Counted from the first letter of the whole stretch, positions 22,621 through 36,495 are shown. The stretch: DNA of 63,583 nucleotides, filler included, from Octopus bimaculoides (GCF_001194135.2; 4 parts of 4 records of this genome joined end to end with filler, not necessarily neighbours in it), one strand, 5' to 3'. Numbers and translations are program-made. The notes: generated by a model from the letters alone, not told the origin.

Positions 22621-23761
22621 CAACATATACAGAAGACAAAAATATCTGGAGTTACATATAACTCTTCCAGAATATTCATAACTTATTTAGAAGATACAGT
22701 AATGAAAACAAAATGATGTGCAAACATACTTAGAGAAATCACAGGTACCATGTCCAACCAAGTGAAAGAAACGAAAACAGTGATGTATATGCAATACATT
22801 AGATCCATTATGGACAAGACCTGTCTGGCCTCGGTTACCAATCTCTTCACAACAAACAATGAAAGACATCACACTACACATCATAATAAGTTGTGCTCAG
22901 GTCACCTTCACAACAAAACGAAAATACTAAATGTGAAAGATCTGTGAAGGATATATTGTCATCCAGGTGTGCAAATGTTTACAGTATATATATATATACC
23001 ATAAAAATTTGCACACCTGTGTAATTTACGCAGGTGATTTTCTGGATAAAAATTGTTAAAAAAAAGCTTCTACTTGTGTAAAATTCGGACCTAAAAGTTT
23101 TCAGGATTGCTGATATGGCTAGGGGGAAAAGATTTTCAGTTTAGTTGTATTTAACATAATTTCACTGACTTATGACTAGATTTTATTAAATTTTCATTAA
23201 ATAAAAATAATTTCTGTTCAACACTTATCACATTCAGAGCTATTAAATTATGAAGTGTTTGTGGTGTTCATAATAAACTTTATTTTACATTTCTTGCCCA
23301 CAAGAGATTATGTCCGATCTTTAGCATACTTCTGTATGTCTTCTCAAAATCACGATCGCAGGAGAAGTCGATAATTCTTATCAACAAAACAAAGCTGATA
23401 AATGTGCACAAGTGCTTGGATGACACTTTACTCAACCGACAAAGGAAGGTGACCGATCAAACTGATTATGTAAACAGAATTCCGACTGGTCGAAGGTGTC
23501 TTCTTGTCTCAAGCTCTGATTTTCTACCTATTCTTGTCGGAACCTTTGATATGGAGTATCGAAATTTCAATCCCTTTCACACTTCTAAAATGTCAAGCAA
23601 ACTTTAAAATTTGTCATTTGGAGGTGAGATTGAAGAGGAATACCAGTATGTAGAGAAGACGGGTAAGGTGATGGATATAGGAATGGCTCAAGAATGGGAA
23701 GAAATGAGAAAGCAGTGGGATGATGTACAAGTTGTAGGAGCAGAAAGTGAGGAGATATATA

Positions 23762-23965
23762 GGTACACGGCCTGAAATTTTGGGGGAGGGGAAGCAGTTG
23801 ATCAGATCGACTCCAGTACATAACTAGTACTTAATTTATTGACCCCCAAAAGAATGAAAGGCAAAGTCGACCTTGGCGGAATTTGAACTCAGATTGTAAA
23901 GACAGACAAAATACTGCTAAGCATTTTGCCCTGCATGCTAATGTTTCTGTCAGCTCACCGCCTTA
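23762..23965 (-). mobile_element. Family A SINE, near full length
   Basis: Collinear with the 33852 and 48220 copies; partial CpG loss. Confidence 0.88.
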
Positions 23966-24342
23966 ATATAGAGGTACATAAGTGGGGCATGATGATAGAT
24001 ATGAGAGGACATTGAAAATAATAGCAGATGAAAGAAGTGTTAAGAATGGAGTAAAGTAGAGGAAAGAGAGCAGTGGCTGAAGGGACAGCAAGGGGGTGAT
24101 TGGTAGAAATAGAGTTGGCAGGGATGACAATGAAGAATGGAAGTGGTTCCTGTGAACAGAGTGGGGAGAGATGAGATAACCAGAAAGGAAGGGGTGTAAT
24201 ATGAGTGATTCTACTCTCAGGTAATTACAGCAGCTGAGTAGTACCATAAGATAGGGGAGTGATAACTGTTAGGGGATGAGAATTTGGGGAAATACTTGAT
24301 AGGACTGAGAGAGAGAGATAAGTAAGAAAATGGATCAGTTGA

Positions 24343-24437
24343 CTTGTTGTTGGCACTCCGTCGCTTACGGTGTCGAGGGTTCCAGTTGATCCGATCAATG
24401 GAACAGCCTGCTCGTGAAATTAACGTGCAAGTGGCTG
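24343..24437 (-). mobile_element. Family C SINE 3' end, interrupted
   Basis: Reverse complement of 36400-36490 (GGCACTCCGTCGCTTACG..GTCGAGGGTTCCAGTTGATCCGATC). Broken at ~24437 by a sequence starting CAAGGGCCCGGG that contains a 10-bp hairpin (24454-24482). Confidence 0.8.
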
Positions 24438-24721
24438 CAAGGGCCCGGGAACAGGGGGTGCAAGATCAAAATTTGCACCCCCTACATAATCTTACCAGTT
24501 GCAGAAAAAAAGTGTCTAAAATCTATCGGTATAAAATGCTGAAGTTCAATCTCGTTTCAAAACAAAGAAAAAAATAAATATATAAATAAATAAAAATGAT
24601 GAAGCTAGCATAAAATTCCCTAGGGAGTTCTGAAGGCAAGTAGTGTCAAAATACAAAAAAGTAAGTGACAATAACAACAACAAAACCAGCATGTATGGTT
24701 AATTTTGAACATATAGCATTA

Positions 24722-24821
24722 NNNNNNNNNNNNNNNNNNNNNNNNNNNNNNNNNNNNNNNNNNNNTTAATTAATTAANNNNNNNNNNNNNNNNNNNNNNN
24801 NNNNNNNNNNNNNNNNNNNNN
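24722..24821. other. Scaffold-join gap with artificial TTAATTAATTAA linker
   Basis: 44 N + TTAATTAATTAA (24766-24777) + 44 N = 100 bp; the same construct recurs at 49477 and 58067. Confidence 0.95.
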
Positions 24822-24862
<41 letters not shown>

Positions 24863-25724
24863 ATGTGTGCATGTATGCATGCGTGTGTATGAGTGTAAGT
24901 GTGTTTCATTAGTAGTAAGGTCTTGCGTTATTGTTCTTCTGAATACCATCTGATGTAATCTTATACACAACGGCTTCAGAAAAGCCGAATTTCCTTAACA
25001 AACAAGTGATTCGTTTTCGGCAATTGCAGACGGAGATGGATTATATTTAATCCCCACACGCAGAATCGAACCTTTATCCTAAATATTACTACGTAATTCC
25101 TATCTCTTGGAAGTCGCCACTTTCTGACTATACACAAATACCCGAAATTTTTCAATGCACCAATTGTTAAGATTAGCACCGGCTCCTCCTCCTGAAACAA
25201 TCTGCCTATAATGGCTGAGTGGGATTTATTTGTTCGGTGAGAATTTGCTGATTTTGTACAGCATTATACTCATTTTACGAGATGAGTTCCAGGAATATGC
25301 TATACTAGAATGAACACTAAGTGTTGAAAGGGATACTGTAAACAACATCTGTACTCTTTTATGTGACGGAGAAGGTTAAATACCTTTGTACTTACCTGTT
25401 TTACTTGAAAATTAAGGCCATAGGCATGATTATTACACTATAATTAGGAACATTGTCCGACAGATATTGGAATTGATCCACCTCTGAAAAAGAAAAATGT
25501 ATATCATGAAGCTGTTCACAATCTTTCTTCACGAGAAATCCGACTTAACGCCGAATTGAAGTCTTTTCGTTATGTTTCAACTGATATTCTCGAAACAAAA
25601 CAAAACAAGAAAACAAAATCAGAAAAAAATGGAAGAAAGCGAATATTAGATTCATGATTCAAGAAGGCAACAGACATACAAATACGCGCACACACGCGCG
25701 CATCACAAAAATAAGCAAACAAAC

Positions 25725-25797
<73 letters not shown>

Positions 25798-25962
25798 CGC
25801 CAGAAGCTCCGACATTTCCTCCAGGAAAAGCATAATGTATTTTTGTTCTCTATTCGTCTTTAAATGAATTTCATGACGTTTAAACGATATACTTGTGGTA
25901 CTAAATGCTGAACACGTAAAAAAATTGAAATCAAATTAATTTCAATTAATTTTCCCATAACA

Positions 25963-26450
25963 GGGAAACACATCAACTGGAGAAGCGTGGATAAATCTAT
26001 GCTATACGTAAATGGATCTAACAGACGAAACTTATGCGTAGCTGAAAGATCACACATTCTCTCTAGTTCCTACAACTCCACCACACTACTTACTTCCAGA
26101 TCTGGCATCTTCAGCAAATGCAAGCATACGGGCAAATTCCTTTTGTCGAACTGGAGGAGATCATCCTGTCCGGACTGATGAGCTGTCTCTCGCAGACTCT
26201 CCGTTGTTTTATTCCACACCAGCTTGTTTAATTATGTTTTCTACGCCCTAAGTTGACGTACCTCTAATTTCTTTCTTTTCTTTCCTTTCTTTTCCCGTTA
26301 ATGTTTATCCTTTGTCTTCTCATTCCACTTTTTGCATCAACCATTTTCTTGTTTCTACTTTTTTCTTGTGGTTTCTGATGTACCAGTGTTCTGTTTTTCA
26401 AATAGAACTTATCATGTCCGTAGAACCCGAAAATTGCTTGGAGTTACATG
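25963..26450 (+). mobile_element. Penelope-like element remnant: GIY-YIG endonuclease C-terminus and downstream pseudo-LTR-like sequence
   Basis: GKHINWRSVDKSMLYVNGSNRRNLCVAERSHIL...LLTSRSGIFSKCKHTGKFLLSNW* fits the PLE pattern INWxI...C.LC..E...I...LLN.R.E..SKC.H..KFLL. The stop codon overlaps CTGATGA. Right end approximate. Confidence 0.7.
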
Positions 26451-26748
26451 GTAAGTTGTTAAAATATGCCTAAACACGGGTCTTAATGGCAAGAAACTAT
26501 TTGTAGTTCTTATTTGTATACAGTGTGCACACACACGCGCGCACACACATACACACATAGAGGTTTACAAATGTTTGTAAACATATGAAAATACAAATAT
26601 ATAAACATTTTGACATGTACACACGTACACGCACACGTATATAGCACACATGTATTTATGTATGTTTGTATGCATGTATGCATGTATGTATTTATTTATA
26701 CATATAAATAAGTATATATATGTACATACATATTCACATGCATACCCC

Positions 26749-26800
<52 letters not shown>

Positions 26801-29504
26801 ATGCACACACACTCGTATACATACACACAAGTAAGAATTTAAACCTGTGTATATTTCTTCATCTCTGCGACCACATGTCGACGTAACCGCAAAATGTAGA
26901 CCAGTATCCACGCACCTTACAGCAACATAACTGACTAAATTTCGCTTCTCTTTACACACGCGTGTATATGTTTGTGCAAGCATAAGTATGTTTATGTGTG
27001 TATGCGTGTGAGTCTGTGGGGAGATGTGAGGAGTTTTAAAATGCACAGAAAGATAAAGACGAGAACGAAAATCAACATTTGCGATAGGAAAGATAAAACG
27101 CTGAGAATTGGCTTGAATGGGGTTGATCTAACTGGAGATAACTGCCAAAATACCCTCTTTACTCAGCTTGTCTTGTAATCTGATTAGCATAATCAGTTCG
27201 GGAATTGGAAAAAGAGAAGAGGAGCGCTGTAGCGTATGCATGTATATGTAACGGTGCATATGACTGCGTCATGTCTGTTGGTGTATGTGTGTTGAAAGGA
27301 AACACTTGCCAAATGTCTTACGTTTGATGAGGTTACTACAGGTAAGACGTAAAGTAATATTGCTGGCGGTTATTGATGCTTGTTGTTGTTGTTGCTGCTG
27401 CTGCTGCTGGTGTTGTTGTTGTTGTTGTTGTTGTTGTACTGGTTATGGTGATAGAGGTGGTGTAAGTGGTAGGATTTCTGGTGTTAGTTGGGTGCAGGTG
27501 GTATTGGCGGGAATCTAAGTGGTTGTTGATTTGTTCGTTTGATGGTTTGTACTGTGATGGTGGTGGTAGTGCTGGTGACGACGACAACAATGGCAGTGGC
27601 GGTGGAGGTAGCAGTGGTGGCGACGGTGTTGACAAAAAAAAAGTTTAAAAAGAAAGTAAAACAAAAAAAAAAGGAAGATCAAAATTATAGGAAACTTGTT
27701 GAAAGAACTGTGATATTATATATACGTTGTTTATCGGGTTCCCGCATGAATAAATAATATCGCTGCCGTATCGTATCGGTGTATAGGTTTATCTCTACAC
27801 TGTGAATGGCACTGCAAGCATCAACTGATATTGCGTCTCATGACATACAGACACACATACACATTCACACAGAATAACATACACTAGAGACACAGAGACA
27901 CAGAGACACGTATAGAGATAATGACGCCGTACACATTGCACGTATTGACTCACAAACTCGTTTCAACAGAACTACACAAACATAAACACAGAGCTAAGAG
28001 CTTACACAAAAATGCATACATAAAGATACATATCAATGCAGCATATGTGATATATGTGTGTGTGACTGTATACAATATATAAGATATATGCATGTGTATA
28101 TATAATGTGTGTGTTTAATATACGTGTACGAGCTTGTAGATGCGTGTGTGTGTGTGTGTGTGTTAGTATGGCTTTGTGCAGGCATCACAGATACACGCAT
28201 TACAAAAACATAACGTACAAGTAGTACCAATAAATGACTACGGAGAAACAAGCAAGAGTATGAACTCTGCCAATAATCACAGAAGTGGTCACACACACAC
28301 ACACAGTGCGTGAGTGTACGCGTGTATGTGTGTATATAAGCGCGTGTGTTTGTTTGCTTGTGTGTCTGTATATATATTAGTGTGTGTTTGTATGGATGTA
28401 TGTATGTATGTATGTAGGTTTGTTTGCGCGCGTGTGTATGTGTACACTGCCTTTTAGAAACAGGTGAAAAGTACTACAAGTTGTTAGACATAGCTAACTT
28501 TACTTTCAGTTTTTGTTGTTCCTCATTACATACATGCACACACACACACACACACACACGTGTGTGTATCTATTTATGTATGAGTGCTAGTATGTGTTTA
28601 ATACCATATGTATACACATTATTGTGCATAAAACCACGCAAAAGTAGGCAGACAACATCACTAATATGTTTTTCTCTCTTCACTAACACACACACATACA
28701 CACATACACACACACACACACACATGGTATTAAGCAGAAACTATCTACAGAACGAGCGGGAGAAATTTTCGGAGGAAGACCTCCAGCTAAGAACATGTTC
28801 CTGTCCGTTAGATCCTGACACTCTTAGAAAGCTGAGCCTACCTATGTCTGACTCCTAGGTGTCCTCCTGCTGTGATTTTTTTCTGTTTTAATGTCACCTT
28901 CACTGGGGATTAAACTCAGTACCCTCGGCTTAACTTACTTCCCACAACTGTAGTATACATCGCTCGGTCACGAAGACCACCGCAAGAACTTGTAGGAGGA
29001 TCTATCTCACACTGGGTTTCCCTCCTATGTTTAACGGCTTGCCGTATTCCTGTATCTATTTATAGATATAAGAATACTTACATGCATGCGTACACAAACA
29101 TACACACATTCTGTGTGTATATATGCGTGTGTGTGTGTGTGCGTGTGTTGTATGTACGTGTGTCTGTGTGTCTGTCTGTATTGCAATACTTTTATATATA
29201 TATATATTCTACGAAACCTAGCTGTAAGTGGTGTATGTGTGTGCNNNNNNNNNNNNNNNNNNNNNNNNNNNNNNNNNNNNNNNNNNNNNNNNNNNNNNNN
29301 NNNNNNNNNNNNNNNNNNNNNNNNNNNNNNNACGTGTGTCTGTGTGTCTGTCTGTATTGCAATACTTTTATATATATATATATTCTACGAAACCTAGCTG
29401 TAAGTGGTGTATGTGTGTGCGTTGAACATTCGCAGGGTAATTTTGCTAGCACAACGCTAGGCACACGTTATATTATTACTCTTCTTTTGAATATATGAAT
29501 CAAC

Positions 29505-29766
29505 TAAGACGGTGAGCTGACAGAATCGTTAGCAGACCGGGCAAAATGCTTAGCGGTATTTCGTCTGTCTTTACGTTCTAATCGACTGCCCCCTCTCCAA
29601 AATTTCGGGCCTTGTACCTAGAGTAGAAAAGAAAAGAATCGTTAGCACGCTGGAGAAACTTCTTAGTGACATTTCGCCTTTACTTTGTGAGTTAAGATTC
29701 TGCCGAGATCGACTTTACCTTTCATCTATTCGTGGTTCATGAAATAAGTACTAATTTAAGCACTGT
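29505..29766 (+). mobile_element. Two family A SINE pieces (internally deleted copy plus a copy interrupted by another SINE)
   Basis: AAGACGGTGAGCTGACAGAATCGTTAGC...; the second copy resumes at 30098-30160 after the nested insertion. Confidence 0.8.
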
Positions 29767-29768
29767 GT

Positions 29769-30092
29769 AAAGGCGCGTAGCTTAGTGGTTAGGGTATACG
29801 GCTCACGATCGTAAGGTCGTGAGTTCAATACCTATCGACGCACTCTGACCTTGAACAAGACACTTTATTTTACGTTGCTCCAGTCTACTCACATGGCAAA
29901 AACGAGTTATATCTGTATTTCAAAGAGACCAGCTTTGTCACATTCTGTGTCATGCTGAATCTCCCTGAGAACTATGTTAAGGGTACACGTGTCTGTGGAG
30001 TGTTCAGCCACATGCACTTTAATTTCAGGAACAGGCTGCCCCGTTGATCGGATCGACTGGAACCCTCGTCGTCGTAACCAACAGAGTGCCAA
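29769..30092 (+). mobile_element. tRNA-derived SINE (family C 3' half with a different head), nested in a family A copy
   Basis: GGCGCGTAGCTTAGTGG A-box, GAGTTCAATACC B-box, CCTTGAACAAGACACTT core; 3' half matches 36310-36480; AAGCACT direct repeat on both sides. Confidence 0.85.
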
Positions 30093-30428
30093 GCACTAGT
30101 AATCGACTAGTTCCTTCCTTCAAAATTTCTGGCCTTATGCCTATAACCGAAAGGATTACAAAAGATAAACAAGGTAACAGATTAACTAATAAATATTTCA
30201 TCAATCAGTTGGTTTACCAGAATAGTTTTCTGAATCTGCTGCCATTTTAATGTTGTGCTATCCACTGCTAGTTTTCTTTCACGGACGGCCCATACTGTAG
30301 TCTCCCAAAAAATTTGCCATTTATGACATTATATGCTTGTGCACACGCAAAAATGCTCGGACATACACAAGTACACATGCACGCATACATACACACAAGT
30401 ACACACACACAAACACGCTGTCTGTCTG

Positions 30429-30470
<42 letters not shown>

Positions 30471-30734
30471 TCTCATACACACACACGCACAGACTCACAC
30501 ACCATTAAACCACCGTCATTTAAGATCCCAGACTGCGAACAAGAGATTTTGAAGAACTGATTGATAGATTGATTAAACGGTTGATCAAATTTCTGATTAA
30601 TTAATTAGTTAGTTAAAATAATCAAATGGTAATAAGATAAAAAGCACAAGTGCATGTGTTTTTTTATTAACAAAATAACACTTTCCCAACATTTAAAATA
30701 CGTTATATATGATTATATTTTTGCGCGCCTCTGT

Positions 30735-31028
30735 GTGTGAGTGGTTTTACTGTGTTAACATATTTTTACTAGTTCAGCATATACTCTCCACTTGAAGCCT
30801 ATCAAATGGCACATTCAAGAGACCTGTACCAAAGACTGTTATATCACACGTGCGGATGACCTCTACTGAACTCTCATTTCCGACGACTCGACTCTACCGA
30901 ACTCGACGTCTAGTCTACCGACGGCTCCATCTCGCTCTTCCGCTCTCCCGCTCTGCTCGACGCTTTTCGTCTAGCTATTTATACGTATTGGACTAGCCTA
31001 CTTATCGCCTGTGGCCGTCTACACAACA
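30735..31028 (-). mobile_element. Possible solo LTR
   Basis: CpG-rich ~300-bp island; the minus strand starts TGT, contains TATAAATAG and ends ACA. No TSD found. Confidence 0.33.
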
Positions 31029-32323
31029 AAGACAAAAACCAAAACTCTATGTAAATCAAGAAAGGTTCGATCGCGTCAAGTTGCTCTCTTTATTCGAAAG
31101 TATATGGGCAAATGTCAGTTCTGTAGCACTCATAAGTATACACATCTGCAGTTGTCCGGATAATTGCTCTGATTCGGATAATAAACACTGCTTTATTAAT
31201 GTTGTTGTTGCTTCTGCTTCTGCTGTTGTTGTAGCTGCTTTTACTGTTATTCGTCCCGTTTAGCTGCTCTCTATCAGAATTATAAGCGAATGTGTTGATG
31301 CAGTAACCATCCAGCCTTCCAGTTTCTAGACATAATGTGATTAGTACTACATCGTCCATGTTCTTCAAACGAGTCAACCGATAATGTATGGCGTACATCG
31401 TTTACTAAAATTCTCAGAGACTGCTATTATTTAACTTAAATTCAGCCCTAAACGAGCAAACCCCTATTCAAACAAGCTGCATCTGCTACACATCCCAGTT
31501 CATTTTCTTTCAATGCATCTCTTTTGAAATTAACTAATGTGTCTTCATTTTCATGGCTATATGAAGAAAATTTAGCTGCTATTTCCTGCAATTCACTAGA
31601 GCAAACGAATCATCTCTCGTTGGCCGGTGTAATTCAATTGTTTTTATACCACTGTAATCAAAAACATCTAATTAATCCGAGAATGTTATTAGCTAGCGTA
31701 TAACTGAATAAATATATCAAACGGCAAAATTTAAAGTTTTCGAATTCAAGAACTGTTTATTTGTTATTTTCCACTACAAAGTGGCAAAACAATATTAAAT
31801 AGATGAAGTGAAATTGTTATCCATTCAAGATCTGCCAGCAATACCTGCTTGCACGTGATATAATTAAATTTATCTCATTACAACTATTTCAAAATATATT
31901 TATGAAGCTGCCCGCAGGGAAATAAAAAGGCACTTGCCTAGGCTACCCTTCGGTAAAGTAAACAAGTAAACTTGCAGAAACAGAAGTAAATAATTAATTA
32001 ATTATATAAATAAATACGGCTTGGTGAAAAGATTCAACGGAAGAATATGAACAATATATACAAATATATATGTATGCATGCGTATGTGCGTATATATATA
32101 TATATATATATACATGTATGCGTGGATATACATACATGCATGGATGTATGTGTGCATATGTGCGTGTGTGTATATATTCACGTAGATGTACATGCACATG
32201 CATACATGTGGGTTTGTGTATAGGATGTATGTATTTATATATGCATACTCCTTTGTCTCTCTGTTTCTCTGTCTCTCTGTCTCTCTGTGTCTCTCTCTCT
32301 CTCTCTCTCTCTCNNNNNNNNNN

Positions 32324-32363
<40 letters not shown>

Positions 32364-32620
32364 ATGTGTGTGTGTGTGTGTAGAGAGAGAGAGAGTGTGT
32401 TTTTTTATCCGCGCGCGCGTGTAGTCGATCTGTGCGCATGTGTAGGCTTTCGGCCGTAGGGTAGCGTCTCTTTCAAACACAATTACTCTATGCAATTAGA
32501 AATGATCTGCCCCGCGGGTTTAAAAATACAAAAACAAAACAGAAAACAATGAGTTATATTCATAACACCATTACTTAGTAGTTGCAGTAGTAGTAATAGA
32601 ATCGGTAGTAGTAAGGTTAC

Positions 32621-32677
<57 letters not shown>

Positions 32678-33004
32678 TAGTAGTAGAATTACTAGTAGTA
32701 CTATTGGCAGCAGCAGAAGCAGTAGTGGTAGTAGTGTGTAGCAGTCATATCGCTACTACCATGGCGACGACCCTCGCCATCACCAGTGCCGCCGCCGACA
32801 CCAGGGACGCCAGTCCTCAATCCCTACTACCACGATCCTTGATATCCCCCTCCTCTTCATCCTCCTTCTCATCATCATCATCGTCAACAACAACAACAAC
32901 AACAGCAACACACAAATATGAGGAAGAACTGCATCGTCAATATATGAATTATCAACAGCGAAATGATTCTTTAATGTTCTGTTGTATATAATAATAATTC
33001 TTTC

Positions 33005-33212
33005 TATTATAGGCACAAGACCTGAAATTTTGGGGGTGTGGGGAGCTAAGTCGACTATATCGACCCCAGTACTCAGCTGGTACTTAAATTATCGACCCCG
33101 AAAGTATAAAAGTCAAAATCGACCTCGGCGGAATTTGAACTCAGAACGTAGCGAAGGCGAAATACCGCTATGCATTTCGGCCAGCGTGCTAACGATTCTA
33201 TCAGCTCGCCTT
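33005..33212 (-). mobile_element. Family A SINE
   Basis: Collinear with the family consensus; followed by (AAT)n. Confidence 0.88.
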
Positions 33213-33213
33213 G

Positions 33214-33296
<83 letters not shown>

Positions 33297-33658
33297 NNNN
33301 NNNNNNNNNNNNNNNNNNNNNNNNNNNNNNNNNNNNNNNNNNNNNNNNNNNNNNNNNNNNNNNNNNNNNNNNNNNNNNNNNNNNNNNNNNNNNNNNNNNN
33401 NNNNNNNNNNNNNNNNNNNNNNNNNNNNNNNNNNNNNNNNNNNNNNNNNNNNNNNNNNNNNNNNNNNNNNNNNNNNNNNNNNNNNNNNNNNNNNNNNNNN
33501 NNNNNNNNNNNNNNNNNNNNNNNNNNNNNNNNNNNNNNNNNNNNNNNNNNNNNNNNNNNNNNNNNNNNNNNNNNNNNNNNNNNNNNNNNNNNNNNNNNNN
33601 NNNNNNNNNNNNNNNNNNNNNNNNNNNNNNNNNNNNNNNNNNNNNNNNNNNNNNNNNN

Positions 33659-33778
<120 letters not shown>

Positions 33779-33789
33779 CCTTATATTCC

Positions 33790-34652
33790 AAGGTGGTGAG
33801 CTGGCCGAATCATTAGCACGTTGGAGAAAACGTCAATATAATAGATAAGGTAAGGCGGCGAGCTGGCAGAAACGTTAGTGCTCCGGGCGAAATGCTTAGC
33901 GGTATTTCGTCTGCTGTTACGTTCTGAGTTCAAATTCCGCCGAGGTCGACTTTGTCTTTCATCCTCTCGGGGTCGATAAATTAAGTACCAGTTACGTACT
34001 TGGGTCGATGTAATCGACTTAATCCCTTTGTCTGTTCTTGTTTGTCCCCTCTATGTTTAGCCCCTTGTGGGCAATAGGGAAATAAGAAACGTTAGTGATA
34101 TTTCGTCTGTCATTACGTTCTGAGTTCAAACTCCACCGAAGTCGACTTTGCCTTTCATCCTTCCGGGGTCGATAAATTAAGTACCAGTTGCGTACTGTGG
34201 TCGATCTAATCGACTAGCCCCACTCTCCAAAATTTTGGGCCTTGTGCCTAGAGTAGAAAATAATATAATAGATACGGTGAGCTCAAACTTCACCGAAGTT
34301 GACTTTGCCTTTCATCCTTCCGGGGTCGATAAATTAAGTACCTGTTGCGTACTGGGGTCGATCTAATCGACTAGCCCCACTCTCCAAAATTTTGGGCCTT
34401 GTGCCTAGAGTAGAAAAGAATATAATAGATAAGGTGGAGAGCTGGCAGAAACGTTAGCATGCTGGGCAAAATACATAGCGGCAGTTTGTCCGCCTTTACG
34501 TTCTGAGTTCAAGTTCCGTCGCGGTCGACTTTCATTTTCATCTTTTTCTGAAAATTTGATTTTCATCATTTTCTAAAGCAAGTACCAATTGTACCCTGGG
34601 ATCGATGTAATCGACTTTCCTCACATCTGAAATTGCTGGCCTTGTGCCATAG
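33790..34652 (+). mobile_element. Head-to-tail cluster of family A SINEs (head fragment plus 4 copies)
   Basis: Copies at about 33852-34088, 34089-34262, 34274-34422 and 34430-34652, with two tail types. Confidence 0.9.
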
Positions 34653-35694
34653 TACATACACACAAACACACACCTATATTTATATATATATACGGAAGAA
34701 AGCTAGGGCAGGGACAAAACCAAACCCTGGGGAACATGAGAACTGATTGAGAGTAGGGTAGAAAAAGGAGCGTCGTCAGCATAAGCAACTGCAGTACGGT
34801 TATTTAGTAAGGTAACGATCCAAGAGAAGAGAGATAAATGGTAGGCATAACTGGGAAGTTTTGATCGGACATATGTGTGCCAGACATGATTTAAGGTTTG
34901 TAGTTATACAAAATACATTTCTTTCATCGATATTCTCCGATATGTGTAGGTAATGGTTTCTGCGTTAGTACAATTCCTATATAGTAAATAAGTTGCAAAT
35001 CTCCAGTGAAATAATGGAGATGCAGCAGTTATTGTTGCTTAGTTCCATGTCCTCTGTGTTAACCAGGTTATCTGTGATCAAAGGCATTCCAGTTCTGTAC
35101 ATGATGTGCTTTATTCGCATACTCTACCAAGGATCACATGATGCAATATGATCGACCCTTTTCTAAATACTAACATATGATTTGAACGGTATTTGGTAGC
35201 AGTTTGCTCCATCACGTCGGTGTTTTTTGTTCGCTCTTCTATGTTAGAAGGGTAAGCTTGTACTTCCATCTATAAAATCGCTGCACAGTCTAGTTATAAA
35301 ACAAAAGGCAATCATTGAAATGTACAATTGATTTCTCAGAAATGTTTTCCACGTTTATCCTTACTGTTCTTCTCTGTGTGACAAGTGGCGAATGCCCTGA
35401 GTCATTTGCATTGACTGTTGAACCTACCAGATTGCGTATGTTTTATCTTTCCTCGTCTTTCATTCATTAGACTGCGGCCATATAGCAGCACCACCTTAAT
35501 TAATTTTGGTTGCGCTAATCGATTTCAGTACATAATTTTTAAAAGCCTGGTATATATTCTAGTGATTGCTTTTGCCGAACACCGACAGCATTTGTTAGAT
35601 AGTAGTGGGGGTCATAAACACACACACACGTGCGTGCGTATACGACATGTTTTTCAGTTTTTCTTTACTAAAAACCACTCAAAAGATCTCGTTC

Positions 35695-35810
35695 GGCCCG
35701 AGGCTGTTGTATAAAACACTTGCCCAAGATGCTACATGCTAAGAATGAGCCCGGAGCCATGTGGTTGAGAAGCAAGCTTCTTACTATATATCCACGTCTT
35801 CGCCTATATG
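35695..35810 (-). mobile_element. Family D SINE head
   Basis: Reverse complement ATAGGCGAAGACGTGG...AAGAAGCTTGCTTCTCAACCACATGG...CTTGGGCAAGTG...GCCTCGGGCCGA. Confidence 0.75.
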
Positions 35811-36101
35811 TGCAACGTCTTAATCTCCTTAAAGAGTTAAACGATTAGGGAGAGTTAAACGATTAACATTTTTAGAAAAGGAAGACCTATTATATAAAGA
35901 TAGTATCACATACGACATTCGGGAAAAACCAATAAACATTGGCTGATTACTTCTGATATACCATTTATCATGAAACTATTGGACCAGAGTTAAAACTACA
36001 TCAGATATCACTATGTAAGGAAATAACCTCAATGCAGTCAGCTAGTATGCAAGAAACAGCAGTGAAACATGCTGAAAACAACATACTATTGTCTTTCAAA
36101 G

Positions 36102-36495
36102 TGGAGGCGCAATGGTTCAGTGGTTAGGGCAGCAGACTCAGGGTCATAGGATTGCGGTTTCAATTCCCAGACCGGGCGTTGTGAGTGTTTATTGAGCGAA
36201 AACACCTAAAGCTCCACGAGGCTCCGGCAGGGGATGGTGGCGAACCCTGTTGTACTCTTTCAGCACAACTTTCTCTCACTCTTACTTCCTGTTTCTGTTG
36301 TGCCTGTAATTCAAAGGGTCAGCCTTGTCACACTCTGTGTCATGCTGAATATCCCCGAGAACTACGTTAAGGGTACACGTGTCTGTGGAGTGCTCAGCCA
36401 CTTGCACGTCAATTTCACGAGCAGGCTGTTCCGTTGATCGGATCAACTGGAACCCTCGACGTCGTAAGCGACGGAGTGCCAACAACAACAACAAC
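36102..36495 (+). mobile_element. Full-length tRNA-derived SINE (family C) with TSD
   Basis: A-box TGGTTCAGTGG, B-box GGTTTCAATTCC, (CAA)n tail; TGTCTTTCAAA duplicated at 36090-36100 and 36496-36506. Confidence 0.92.

Noticed and set aside
22964-23019. 13-bp perfect inverted repeat around a (TA)n spacer
   Set aside because: Short, single, no TSD; more likely abutting decayed DNA-transposon ends or chance.
24766-24777. Perfect palindrome TTAATTAATTAA recurring three times (also 49521, 58111)
   Set aside because: Always centred in exactly 44 N + 44 N and has stops in all six frames: a scaffolding linker, not biology. Adjacency across these joins is uncertain.
29155-29420. Exact ~90-bp direct repeat flanking an N gap
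   Set aside because: Identical copies on either side of a gap are typical of unmerged contig overlaps.
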